From IMG/VR virus record IMGVR_UViG_2706794662_000007: a DNA stretch of 64,000 nucleotides; one strand, 5' to 3'. Source of the DNA: a virus. Taxonomy: Duplodnaviria; Heunggongvirae; Uroviricota; Caudoviricetes. The notes beneath the pieces are model-generated. The model ran no database searches and was not told the origin of the DNA. It worked only from the letters and a program-made list of their open reading frames with translations. The translations under genes were made by a program, and so were the position numbers. The number at the start of each line of letters is the position of its first letter. Position 1 is the first letter of the stretch. Shown here one piece after another: positions 40,047 to 49,863 of this stretch.

Positions 40047-40871
40047 TTAATATCCGGCGTATTCGTATTCTTCATTTAGACCGTATTCTTGTGGAGTGAT
40101 ACCAGGACAACATAACTCAAAGGCGAACTTGCGCCATTTGATTTTTTCTTCTGACGATTGTTTGTTATTCGCCGGTGCAATGTAGTCATATTCCCATTTG
40201 CCGTTGCGAAGTAAAATGAATCCGCAGTTATTGCCGAAGTCTTCGTCTGCATAACGTATTACAAACTCAAGGTGCGGGAACTTTCTAGCCATCGCTTGAT
40301 AAATTGGTTTTGGCATAGACCAGGCTGTTTCAAAGCGAATCACCAACTCACCACCAGTTGCGGCATGTCTTGCAAGACGTTTTTTATAGATTCGTTTTGC
40401 ATATGCTCGAACGTGTGTATGGCGGAAATTATGGCCGTACTTAATACGTGTAGGGATACGTTTTACGGGCATTTCGATGTTGTAGGCATTCCATTTTGTT
40501 CCCCAATTAGCTCGCGACCAGTCAAACCATGAGTAATAGCCATAGCGACGATAATTCTCAAGCCGCATAAGAGCCTGCTCTTTGATTTTGCGAATTTCCT
40601 TGCGTGTCATTCCTGATTCACGCATAGCTAATTCGACCTGTTCTGGAGTCTTTAATTCACCGAACATGTGGTCGTAAACTGTTTCGCCCGCCATTGCAGA
40701 GGCCATGCGCCTGATATGATTGTTTTCTTCCATTTCTATACTTTTCGGACGTCTGCAAATGGTATTAAAGTCAATTAGACCTTTTTTGTTAGTTATGGCA
40801 CGTATGAAATCTAAGCGTTGTTTATTTGTACCACCTATGACTCGGATTTCGTTTGTAATGTGGTTGGGCAT
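40047..40871 (-). CDS. hypothetical protein (low-GC block)
   Basis: 274 aa; contains His-hydrophobic-His (HTHV) and nearby YAKRIY, weak and non-canonical resemblance to HUH-type nucleases. Confidence 0.45.
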   Translation of the reverse strand: MPNHITNEIRVIGGTNKQRLDFIRAITNKKGLIDFNTICRRPKSIEMEENNHIRRMASAMAGETVYDHMFGELKTPEQVELAMRESGMTRKEIRKIKEQALMRLENYRRYGYYSWFDWSRANWGTKWNAYNIEMPVKRIPTRIKYGHNFRHTHVRAYAKRIYKKRLARHAATGGELVIRFETAWSMPKPIYQAMARKFPHLEFVIRYADEDFGNNCGFILLRNGKWEYDYIAPANNKQSSEEKIKWRKFAFELCCPGITPQEYGLNEEYEYAGY

Positions 40872-40878
40872 AATTAAC

Positions 40879-40892
40879 TTAACCTTTTAACA
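40879..40892 (-). promoter_or_regulatory. palindromic motif AACAAATTGTTTT upstream of gene 40047..40871
   Basis: same motif family as at 2810, 16403, 17131. Confidence 0.45.
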
Positions 40893-40966
40893 AATTGTTT
40901 TCTTGTGTGTGATAATAACGAGAATAAAACGGCGTCCAACTGGACGCCTGATCTTCTTAATGAGAG

Positions 40967-41797
40967 TTATTTCACTGTAATGAAAGGAGTGTTAGCCCCT
41001 TGAGTCATGTACTGCGGTAACTGGCCATTCCATTTATTGATGGCTTCCAGTTCCATAACGTTCGGGTTTTGACGCAGAGCTTCACCGCGCAGACGAATGG
41101 CGTCTGCTTCTGCTTGCGCACGAGCACGGATAGCATCAGCTTCACCATTAGCCTGTTCACGTAGCATATTCGCCTCAGCTTTACGTTGTTCAACTTCCTG
41201 CTGACGTTGCAGAGTACGCTGGTTAGCCGTTACTTTGGCGTTGATAGATTCAATGACGGTTTTTGGGTAATCAGGCTTTCCAACCCATGACAGGCTCAGT
41301 ACCTCAATACCAACCGGAGACATCTCTTTCTGAATATCTTTCAGTGCGTTGTCCAGCAATTGCGCCTTACCACCGTCGATAAATGAGTCAGTGGTCATAC
41401 GGCTGGCCAAACGGTTTAGAGAGTCGGCAATTTTCTGACGCAGATCTGATTCGGTGATATCGTCTACGCCTTTGCGATAGGTCTGGAACACCGTCGTTAC
41501 CTTGTCACGATTAACCAGATACGCAACGCCAATTTTGTGACCAATAGCAGTACCGTCACTCATCTGGAATGTGAACGGTTCGTCGTAGGTCTTCATTTGT
41601 TTGAAGGTCGGGAATACGTAAAGTTCGGTGTTAAGACCTGTCCATTGGCGACCAACGCCAACCACTTCACCGATCCCTTTGTCTTCACCTAATTTGTTTA
41701 CTTTGATGCCAACGTATCCAGGCTCCACGCGATCACAGCCAGTAAGACCCATTGTGCAAATAGCCGCCAGAGCAACTGCAAGTAAACCTTTCTTCAT
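40967..41797 (-). CDS. SPFH/band-7 family lipoprotein
   Basis: 276 aa, lipobox LTGC after signal peptide, prohibitin-like core and C-terminal coiled coil. Confidence 0.65.
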   Translation of the reverse strand: MKKGLLAVALAAICTMGLTGCDRVEPGYVGIKVNKLGEDKGIGEVVGVGRQWTGLNTELYVFPTFKQMKTYDEPFTFQMSDGTAIGHKIGVAYLVNRDKVTTVFQTYRKGVDDITESDLRQKIADSLNRLASRMTTDSFIDGGKAQLLDNALKDIQKEMSPVGIEVLSLSWVGKPDYPKTVIESINAKVTANQRTLQRQQEVEQRKAEANMLREQANGEADAIRARAQAEADAIRLRGEALRQNPNVMELEAINKWNGQLPQYMTQGANTPFITVK

Positions 41798-41800
41798 TAC

Positions 41801-42001
41801 TTATTTCCCCTTTGCTTTGATTAATGAGTTGATAAACTTACGACCAGCAATAAGACCGATTACAGGAGCACCAAAACCAACGATAACTCCAAACATGACG
41901 GCTAAATCACTCTTGGTAGAAATCAGCGACGGAACCAGTAAACCGTAGATGAGAGCCACTGAAACGCCTGTGGCTACTGCCAATAGATAGATTTTGATCA
42001 T
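41801..42001 (-). CDS. small membrane protein, likely partner of SPFH protein
   Basis: 66 aa, two hydrophobic segments, immediately upstream of the SPFH gene. Confidence 0.4.
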   Translation of the reverse strand: MIKIYLLAVATGVSVALIYGLLVPSLISTKSDLAVMFGVIVGFGAPVIGLIAGRKFINSLIKAKGK

Positions 42002-42093
42002 GTGTTTTCCTATGTGGTTGTTATGCGAAAATAATAAGTAAGTACTTATATATTTTCAAGAGATAAAAAAGGCGTCCTGTGGACGCCTTGTGT

Positions 42094-43184
42094 TTACTCT
42101 TCTACTGACTCGGTGGGGTTGTCTTTTGCTCTTCGGTCGTCGATTGCCTGCAAAGCCGCAATGATTTCAGCCAGTGGCTTCTCCCGATACATCTCGACGA
42201 TCTGCGATTTGGTGTATTTCTTGTCACCAATTTCAACTCGCCCGCTGGCGTTCTTTGGCAGGTATCCTTCTTCCAGCATGTACTCGACGAGCGATTCGAT
42301 AACGTCGAGGCCACGAGTAGGATCGAAGTAGAATTTCCAGGTGCATTTGCCATACGGTGGTGCAACTTTGTTTTTGATGCATTCTGCGCCTACGTCCTGG
42401 CCGATCTTCTCTTTACCATCCTTCATCACCGATGCACCAAGACGGATACGTACAGAAGCGTAGAACTTCGGTGAATCTCCACCTGGAGACGTAGTAGGGT
42501 CGCCAAACATTACACCGATTTTTGTGCGAACCTGATTCAAGAAGATGATGCAGGCGTTGTATTTGCGTGCCCACAAAGCCAGAGTAGGGAAGTTCGCACT
42601 TGTCGCACGAGCCAGTGCCGTATTGTCGTTCATGTTTAGCTGATCTTTGTCTTTGGCAGTGCCTTCAGCCATCTTTTCGAACTTCTCGGCTTTGGAGTTC
42701 GGAACCATAGACGCAAGTGAGTCAGCCACGATACAGATAGGTGCTGATTCAGGAATAAGCTCTTCATCACGTACCAATTTAAGAATTGTGCCGATCAACT
42801 CTACAGAGTCTTCGAAGGTATCAGGCTGCTTGTATACCCACTGACCGTCATCCTCATCTGCATTCAAACCATTGGCTACAGCCAGGCCAACGTCAAAACT
42901 GTTCTCATGATCGAGGANNNNNNNNNNNNNNNNNNNNNNNNNNNNNNNNNNNNNNNNNNNNNNNNNNNNNNNNNNNNNNNNNNNNNNNNNNNNNNNNNNN
43001 NNNNNNNNNNNNNNNNNNNNNNNNNNNNNNNNNNNNNNNNNNNNNNNNNNNNNNNNNNNNNNNNNNNNNNNNNNNNNNNNNNNNNNNNNNNNNNNNNNNN
43101 NNNNNNNNNNNNNNNNNNNNNNNNNNNNNNNNNNNNNNNNNNNNNNNNNNNNNNNNNNNNNNNNNNNNNNNNNNNTTTTGCCAT
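42094..43184 (-). CDS. RecA-like recombinase (interrupted by N-run 42918-43175)
   Basis: IIFLNQVRTKIGVMFGDPTTSPGG...FYASVRIRL matches the RecA core; ATG at 43184 with AAGGAG SD. Confidence 0.75.
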
Positions 43185-43186
43185 GA

Positions 43187-43459
43187 TCAGGCTCCTTTTG
43201 TTTCGTTGATTCGTTTTAAAGCGGCGGATTCGTCGAATACAATCGCATCGTGGTTAAGGAGTCTGGATACACGAGCGAGGATTTTTACGACCTGCTCGCT
43301 GACTAATCCAAACTCGCGATCTGTCGCTTTCATTCCGGCAGCGCCTAGAATTGACGGCAGTGCGATGACAGCGTACTCACCGTGATAAAAGACAATCTCT
43401 TTTGCCAGTTGGGTAGGGGTGGTTGTAGCGCCATTAATAATCGATTTAAGCATTAGCAA
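43187..43459 (-). CDS. hypothetical protein
   Basis: 90-aa ORF upstream of RecA-like gene. Confidence 0.35.
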   Translation of the reverse strand: MLMLKSIINGATTTPTQLAKEIVFYHGEYAVIALPSILGAAGMKATDREFGLVSEQVVKILARVSRLLNHDAIVFDESAALKRINETKGA

Positions 43460-44448
43460 TACCTTTCGAATGGAAGAACAAACACTTCAAGGTCTTCAAG
43501 GAACGAACGGAAATTCAGCTCGTAGCACAGTTGCTCGAATGCTTTCACGTCACGATTGCCTTTGATTGTTTCGATTTCGGTAGGCGGAAACTTCGTCTCA
43601 ATCAGGTTCATTAGCGTGATGTTTCTCTTGAACGCTTCGAGCATTCGACAGCCTGTTTTCTCGTTGAAGGCATTCTTCGCTAGTTTGTTGAAGGCGGTCT
43701 TATGGCGTCCTTTGTCAACCACGATTGAGCCGTCGTTGATGCCGCGTACCATCGTTGCGACACTTCCCCATTCATGCAGCAGCTCTTTCGCACCGCCAGC
43801 ACCAATGCCACCAACACCGCTAATGTTGTCCGATTTATCGCCTTGTAATGCTTTTGCTTCCAAAAATGCGCGAGGAGTAGCGAATCCTGTCAGCTCCGCA
43901 AATTGCTCAAAATTAACCTGCTTGTTTTTGGCGTCTTCGCGCAGGCTTACCCAGCTTACGTTTTCGCGAACTAACTGAAGCCAGTCGCTATCGCCTGTTA
44001 ACAGATAGATGTGTTCAACAATTGGCTGCGGTGCAATGCTGGCTACCAGCAGCCCGGCCAGATCATCCGCTTCTGCATCTTTTGCAATGAGTTGGGTAAC
44101 TCCAAGCGCGGTCATCATTTTGAGGATGTATGGCTTCTGGATAGCAAAGCCTTCCTTCATCTTTTTCATATCAGGATCGTCGTCGCGATTTGCTTTGTAG
44201 TCCGGGTAAAAGTCGCGACGCTTGTCACTAAATCCATCCCAAAGAATCATAGGTCGGGCATGGAGGATGGAGGCATAACGACGGACGTTCTTAACAAAGC
44301 CGAAAGCAGCCTGTACTTCCATTTCGCCGTTGTGCAATTTGTCAGATTGTTGGTGGTAATAACCCAGGCTATTGCCATCTACGAAGAGATAATTCACCGG
44401 TACATTCCTTCCAAAAAGTAAGGCGTCCGTAGACGCCTTACTGGTCAC
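43453..44448 (-). CDS. 5-prime to 3-prime exonuclease / flap endonuclease
   Basis: DGNSL, AKDAEADDLAG, LLTGDSDWLQL, GDKSDNISGVGGIG motifs of Pol I-type 5-prime nuclease domain. Confidence 0.8.
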   Translation of the reverse strand: MTSKASTDALLFGRNVPVNYLFVDGNSLGYYHQQSDKLHNGEMEVQAAFGFVKNVRRYASILHARPMILWDGFSDKRRDFYPDYKANRDDDPDMKKMKEGFAIQKPYILKMMTALGVTQLIAKDAEADDLAGLLVASIAPQPIVEHIYLLTGDSDWLQLVRENVSWVSLREDAKNKQVNFEQFAELTGFATPRAFLEAKALQGDKSDNISGVGGIGAGGAKELLHEWGSVATMVRGINDGSIVVDKGRHKTAFNKLAKNAFNEKTGCRMLEAFKRNITLMNLIETKFPPTEIETIKGNRDVKAFEQLCYELNFRSFLEDLEVFVLPFERYC

Positions 44449-44457
44449 GTAATGGGA

Positions 44458-45486
44458 TTACAGAGAGTCCAGCTCTCTCAGTAGGTCATCCAGACCTTCA
44501 TCTTCCGTCGCAGATGCGGCTGCTACAGATGTCGCTGCGACTGCTTCAGACTCTTTGACTGATACGGCAACGGCAGCGGAACTTGCCTCTGGTTTAAATT
44601 CAGTTTCAACGGCACGGAGGATTTCTTCATCAACCAGACTGGTTGGTTCAGAAGCCGGTGTGTGCGCGGTTGCTACAGCCGTCGCTCCTTCTGTATGACC
44701 AGTGACAGAGCCAAATCCAGGTAGTGCCGCAGCCGATGTTTTCGCGGTTGAGGAAATTGCTGGTGCAGATGCTGCGGCAGTTGGTGCAGCGATGCCAATC
44801 AGACGACCCATAGTGCGAACTGTCGACAGAAGACGAGTTTCATCAGCCTGATTTGCGTATGCGATCAGATCATGCTGGGTGTTCCAGAATTTATCTTCGA
44901 TATCGCCTTTGTAGACTTTACGCTTAGGCGAGACGTCATATTTGGTATCGCGACCAGAGCCAGTACGTTTAATCAGGAATGCGTAGCCTTCCTCTTTGCT
45001 CAGTGGATTGCCGATATCATCAGCGATGTCTTCGGTGATTGCTTTGCAGATATCATCGAATACAGTAGACGGCAGCTCGATTAATTGGCATTTCTCAGCA
45101 TCTGCGAAATCCTCACGAGCAGAAAGAATGCCGTTGACCAGGTAGCGAGGAGTGGCACGCATTTGACCGATGCGTTCTTCCATTGCTTTGTTACCCTTGT
45201 GACGAGCGCGACCTTCCATCACCATTTCGCATAGCTGACAAGCGCGACCGTGAGTATGTTGCTCACAAATATAAGCGTTGGTTGCTTCTTTACCTTCCTC
45301 GTTCTGATACTTAACGTAGTGCATACCGAAAGTCTGGAAGAACTTACCGTTTGGGTCGTCTTTATTCGGGAAGATGCGGATATAGTTGACGCCGTCTTTT
45401 AAGCGAGTCAGATCAACGTTGTTGCCACGTTTGGCGGCAATGTCTTCACGAGTTTTGTTAAGCAAATCAAGTAATGTCTTAGACAT
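44458..45486 (-). CDS. single-stranded DNA-binding protein, T4 gp32-like
   Basis: IRIFPNKDDPNG and Zn-site-like YICEQHTHGRACQLC resemble gp32 as recalled; acidic C-terminal tail. Confidence 0.6.
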   Translation of the reverse strand: MSKTLLDLLNKTREDIAAKRGNNVDLTRLKDGVNYIRIFPNKDDPNGKFFQTFGMHYVKYQNEEGKEATNAYICEQHTHGRACQLCEMVMEGRARHKGNKAMEERIGQMRATPRYLVNGILSAREDFADAEKCQLIELPSTVFDDICKAITEDIADDIGNPLSKEEGYAFLIKRTGSGRDTKYDVSPKRKVYKGDIEDKFWNTQHDLIAYANQADETRLLSTVRTMGRLIGIAAPTAAASAPAISSTAKTSAAALPGFGSVTGHTEGATAVATAHTPASEPTSLVDEEILRAVETEFKPEASSAAVAVSVKESEAVAATSVAAASATEDEGLDDLLRELDSL

Positions 45487-45603
45487 GTGTTTCTCCTTGT
45501 TGTGATTTGGCCGATGGCGCTATGCGCGTTGGGCTTTCGTTCATTCGTGGCTCTTTCGAGCTGTTAAATGATAGATCAGTACTTACTTATTATCTATCAA
45601 AAA

Positions 45604-46035
45604 TCAACGGGGAGTAATAAAGCGTTCAGAGCCTAATCGCTCTAATTCAACGATGGCCATCTTTGACGCCTGAACGATCATGTCTCGGCGATGCGAAAAG
45701 GCGGCGACAGCATGTTTGTATATGTCTGCTATGTGCCGTGCGTCATCCAACTTCTGACGTTTAGATAGATACTGTGGGTTCGTTTTAACCTTAGCGTCCA
45801 GTACAGACTCGTTGAACTTAATGCCGTTCATACTCAAGTTCTTACGCTCTGTGTCGTATAGCTTTGCTTCAACAGCTTCAAGGTTAAGTTTTGCCTCTGC
45901 GACACTTCTTTCTGCATGAGCGAGTTTTGAGCCATACTCCATTAAAAGGCGGGGTTGTCTACGCCAGACTTCCTCCAGATTGTCTCGGTCAAACTCGAGA
46001 TCAGACATTATTTTCTCGTAAATATCGGTGATCAT
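45604..46035 (-). CDS. hypothetical protein (possible recombination mediator)
   Basis: 143-aa ORF between SSB and polymerase; weak resemblance to UvsY-like proteins. Confidence 0.3.
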   Translation of the reverse strand: MITDIYEKIMSDLEFDRDNLEEVWRRQPRLLMEYGSKLAHAERSVAEAKLNLEAVEAKLYDTERKNLSMNGIKFNESVLDAKVKTNPQYLSKRQKLDDARHIADIYKHAVAAFSHRRDMIVQASKMAIVELERLGSERFITPR

Positions 46036-46132
46036 GTGCTTTCCTTTTTACTTATCATCTTATATTGATTATATCATTGTGATGATAAGGCAAGGAGTTC
46101 GAGGATAGGGGATATGAGGGGATAAGAGAAAA

Positions 46133-46151
46133 CATGGCCATAGAGGCCATG
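46133..46151 (-). terminator. hairpin terminator downstream of polymerase gene
   Basis: CATGGCC-ATAGA-GGCCATG followed by T-rich tract in minus sense. Confidence 0.5.
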
Positions 46152-46160
46152 TTTATTGGA

Positions 46161-49100
46161 TCACGACTTAATAGTTTCTGCTACGTCGGCTAATATCGCT
46201 TCTAGTCGTTCTCCCTCTTCAGGTCTGAAGTAAAGAATGTTGGGGTTAAACCCGTAAAAGACTGTAACGTCAAGGTCTGGAAGATACTCCTTCCTACCGA
46301 CTAAATCGGATGGCTTGTTTTTGTTGTTAAACAATGCCGTTGCCCGACTGCCACACGTCAGCACATAGGTCGGACGTACCAGATTGATCTCTTCACGCAT
46401 AAAGTCGGTGAACTGGCCGATCTCGTCTTTGGTGTAGTCCTTTTCTTTGTCTTTCACCTTTTTGCAAACGCCTGTGACATAGAGATCGCCCATGCGCAAA
46501 TCTCCAGCCGTCAACAGCTTGGCCTTAAAATCGTCGTATCCGTTCTCCATGAAGTAACCGGTTCGAGCATCATTGCCGTTTGCATTGTCCAGAATGATCA
46601 TGATTTTCGGCTTAATACCAATGCTGGGGCGGATTAGTTCATCACCTAAGCCCATTTCAGCCGCCATCCGCGTCATAAGTACGTTAATTTCAGCCGAACG
46701 TTTGGAGTTCATCTCAAACGGACGTGAGGCTTTAACTGCGTCTATGACAAGATTTCCCATCAATTCCGCTTGGTCGCGGAGACGTTCTGGATCAGTTGCT
46801 GGCAGACTGCCTGGCTCGATGGATGCAAACGCCCCTACTTTTTGCAGTGATTCGCGCACTCGACTATTACAGGCACGTTTCTCGACAGCTTCTTCGAATT
46901 GCGCCAGTGACTCGAATTTGCCGCCAACTTTTTCTCGCGCTCTCATGATGGCCTGGCAGCCATTCTCAGAACAACCTTTCACAGCAGAGAAGGGCGCATA
47001 CAGCACCTGGCTGCCATCTTCAAGCGTGCGGATCTCAATTCGGTTAGATGACACGTTAACGTCTGGTGGCAATACGCGAATACCATAGGTCAGCGCATCT
47101 TTAACCAGCCCCTGGTGTTTATCTTCGCCAAGAATAGTGAGAGCAGCAGCGAAAAACTCTGCGGGATAATGAGTTTTCAACCACATAGATTGATAACTGA
47201 TTAAGGAGTAAGCAACAGAGTGTGATTTGTTGAACTGGTAGGCACCATTCTTTTCGAATGCGGTCCAGATCTCCTTCGCTTTCATCTCTGATAGCCCTGG
47301 ATGTGACGCTGTAACGCGTACTGCGTTTATAGGTAGTTTTGCGCCGTACTCAAGTGCCTCTTCGACAGTTTTCATAGTTCCGTCTTCGCATTTAAAATGT
47401 TCCGCACGGTGAATGCGCTGTGTAGTGCCATCTTCCAGCTCAACGTCTATCCAGCCAGCTTGAGCCTGAACGATGAACTTCTCGCCCATGCTCTTCATTT
47501 TTTCCATGTCTTTTTTGCCTATCGCTTTACGAACGCCGTCAGCTTCAGCCATTGTGAAGCCAGCAAGCAATCGAGTCGCGTTCATCGTCTGTTCCTGATA
47601 GAGAATCACGCCATTTGTTTCTGCGGTAAGTTCATCAAGAACGGGGTGTAATGATTCCGGCGTCATAAAGCCTTTGGCGACAGAAACATAATCATCCAAC
47701 ATGCCTGACTGAATTGGTCCCGGCCGGAAGAGCGCAGTCGTGGCGACAACGGTTTTAAAGCTCATTGGCTCAATGCCACCGCCCAGATCTTTAAGCAGCT
47801 TGCGCATTGGGCCTGATTCAAGCTGGAAAACACCTTGAGTGTACCCAGCAGCAAAACCATCCAGCACCTTGCGATCTTCAAGAGAAATGGTATCAAGATT
47901 GATATCTTCACCTGTGTTCTCTTTAATGTAGCGTTTTGCACTATCGAGCAAATCGAGAGTTGCCAGGCCAAGCACGTCCAGCTTAATTAGGCCCATAGCC
48001 TCGCAGTAACGCTTGTCAAATGCGATACAACGCGCGTCACCACGGCGCTCAACCGGTGTACGTTCTGTCAGAGGAACACCTGCTACGATCATCCCTGCCG
48101 CATGTCTACCAAAGCCACGCATAAGGCTTTGTAACTTGCAGGCTGCATTGAATGCATCAGGATATTTTGTTGCGTATTTGTCGAGACTTGCCAGTTGTTC
48201 GCGCAGCTCTTCCAATGGAAGGCTATCATCCTCGACGTTCTTCAGTTCTTTTGATACCGCCATATCTGCGGACTCCACACCATAAATACGAGCGGTATCA
48301 CGTAGTGCAGAGGCTGCGCCCAGGTAGGTGAAGTTCGGAATGCCTGCAACGTAATCTTCGCCGTAGCGTTCATTCAGATACTCGATCACTTCATGGCGAC
48401 GTGCCTGGCTGAAGTCCAAATCCGCATCCGGCAAGTCGAGACGCTCAGGGTTGATGAAACGTTCAAACAGAAGACCGTGACGGATTGGGTCGACGTTGGT
48501 TATGCCTATGCACCATGCCACCAGAGATCCAGCGGAGGAACCACGACCAGGCCCGACAGGAATGCCAGTTTCACGACTATGATTCATCAGATCGCGCACC
48601 ATCAGGAAGTAACCACAGAATCCCAGGCGAGTCAGCGTGTCCATTTCGTACTTTAGCCGCTCAACATAAACCCTGTTCTCAGAAGCAGGTGGTGTGTATC
48701 CAAACTCTTTTGTGGTAAGACGTTTACGCAGCCCTGCAACAGCCAGTTTCATCAGCGTTGCAGGTTCGTCGTCTGCCATCTTGGGCAGTGCTGGTGGCAA
48801 TTCATGCCAGCGCCATGTGCAGGCATCGATAATGGTATCCTGCGTTGTTGAGGCCATTGCAGCTGTTACCGGCACATCCATGCGAACGGAGAAGGCTTTA
48901 AGCGCCTCAAGGAGATGGCGGCGACCATTGACGGCGTTATCTCGCTGGTGGGGGATACGCAGACGATGCGGCTGGTCGATTTTTATGTTGTTCGTAACCA
49001 TGTGCGCAATGTCTTTAATGTCTGCATCGTCGATCGATTCGTAATAAGCGGGATAGAACGCCACTGGCTCTATTTTCAATGCGCTGGCGACTTTCATCGC

Positions 49101-49679
49101 CCGGACGTTAATCTGGTCGTAGAATGGGGTAGGGTGCGGATAAACCACACTATAGAAGTTGTCTTTTCCACCCGGTGTAATCAGTGTGCTTATGATTTTT
49201 GCAAAATCGTTGCGTTGGAACACGCTACCGATGTCGGAAGTGAGCAGGATGATGTTGCCTTTGGCATATGTAGAAACCAACTGTTCGAGCGAGAGACGCG
49301 GTACAAAGTAGAACTGTTCTCGTGTGTTGGCCACCGTCATTAGTTCGCAGATGTCGCGATATCCTTGCTCATTTTTAATTAGAGCGGTAAACGAGTAGTT
49401 ACGTCCTCGCTCTAATGATTCCATACATCCCTTAGATTCTTTAGCAAGTTTATCCCGGTGCTCGTATGTGGGATCATCAACGATGTTTAGTTTCACACCA
49501 CAAATAACCGCCATGTCGTCACCAGCGGCACGTTGTAGTGGAATAACACTCGCAATATTCATGCTATCTGCTGAAATTACAGCGGTGTAGCCAGCTTCTC
49601 TGGCAATCTTCACCGCGTTTTCTGCTTTTAGAGCCGACTCCCCAAGTGAGAAGTCAGTTCGAACCATCAGTGCCTTCAT
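46161..49679 (-). CDS. dnaE: DNA polymerase III alpha-like (DnaE-family) replicative polymerase
   Basis: 1172 aa; N-terminal PHP domain; GFCGYFLMVRDLMNHSRETGIPVGPGRGSSAGSLVAWCIGITNVDPIRHGLLFERFINPER matches the DnaE palm region. Confidence 0.9.
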   Translation of the reverse strand: MKALMVRTDFSLGESALKAENAVKIAREAGYTAVISADSMNIASVIPLQRAAGDDMAVICGVKLNIVDDPTYEHRDKLAKESKGCMESLERGRNYSFTALIKNEQGYRDICELMTVANTREQFYFVPRLSLEQLVSTYAKGNIILLTSDIGSVFQRNDFAKIISTLITPGGKDNFYSVVYPHPTPFYDQINVRAMKVASALKIEPVAFYPAYYESIDDADIKDIAHMVTNNIKIDQPHRLRIPHQRDNAVNGRRHLLEALKAFSVRMDVPVTAAMASTTQDTIIDACTWRWHELPPALPKMADDEPATLMKLAVAGLRKRLTTKEFGYTPPASENRVYVERLKYEMDTLTRLGFCGYFLMVRDLMNHSRETGIPVGPGRGSSAGSLVAWCIGITNVDPIRHGLLFERFINPERLDLPDADLDFSQARRHEVIEYLNERYGEDYVAGIPNFTYLGAASALRDTARIYGVESADMAVSKELKNVEDDSLPLEELREQLASLDKYATKYPDAFNAACKLQSLMRGFGRHAAGMIVAGVPLTERTPVERRGDARCIAFDKRYCEAMGLIKLDVLGLATLDLLDSAKRYIKENTGEDINLDTISLEDRKVLDGFAAGYTQGVFQLESGPMRKLLKDLGGGIEPMSFKTVVATTALFRPGPIQSGMLDDYVSVAKGFMTPESLHPVLDELTAETNGVILYQEQTMNATRLLAGFTMAEADGVRKAIGKKDMEKMKSMGEKFIVQAQAGWIDVELEDGTTQRIHRAEHFKCEDGTMKTVEEALEYGAKLPINAVRVTASHPGLSEMKAKEIWTAFEKNGAYQFNKSHSVAYSLISYQSMWLKTHYPAEFFAAALTILGEDKHQGLVKDALTYGIRVLPPDVNVSSNRIEIRTLEDGSQVLYAPFSAVKGCSENGCQAIMRAREKVGGKFESLAQFEEAVEKRACNSRVRESLQKVGAFASIEPGSLPATDPERLRDQAELMGNLVIDAVKASRPFEMNSKRSAEINVLMTRMAAEMGLGDELIRPSIGIKPKIMIILDNANGNDARTGYFMENGYDDFKAKLLTAGDLRMGDLYVTGVCKKVKDKEKDYTKDEIGQFTDFMREEINLVRPTYVLTCGSRATALFNNKNKPSDLVGRKEYLPDLDVTVFYGFNPNILYFRPEEGERLEAILADVAETIKS

Positions 49680-49863
49680 GTGTTTTTACCTTTCTGGTTT
49701 TTTTGATTTTGTCATTTGGGAAGCCTACGAACTTCCCATGCATCGAAATCGCAACTTCTTTTGCTGATTGGTGACAATAAGGCTTGTCTGGACACTCCAG
49801 ACAAGCCTTACCAGTTTCAGAAGCAGCGATAAGAGAGCCGAAACATCCTTTACGCACGATCAA
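49654..49863 (-). CDS. hypothetical small Cys-rich protein
   Basis: 69-aa ORF overlapping the polymerase start. Confidence 0.25.
   Translation of the reverse strand: MIVRKGCFGSLIAASETGKACLECPDKPYCHQSAKEVAISMHGKFVGFPNDKIKKTRKVKTHEGTDGSN

Noticed and set aside
46573-49343. Several 80-170-aa plus-strand ORFs inside the polymerase gene
   Set aside because: All lie antisense to a 1172-aa ORF with clear DnaE motifs; typical antisense ORFs in a long gene.
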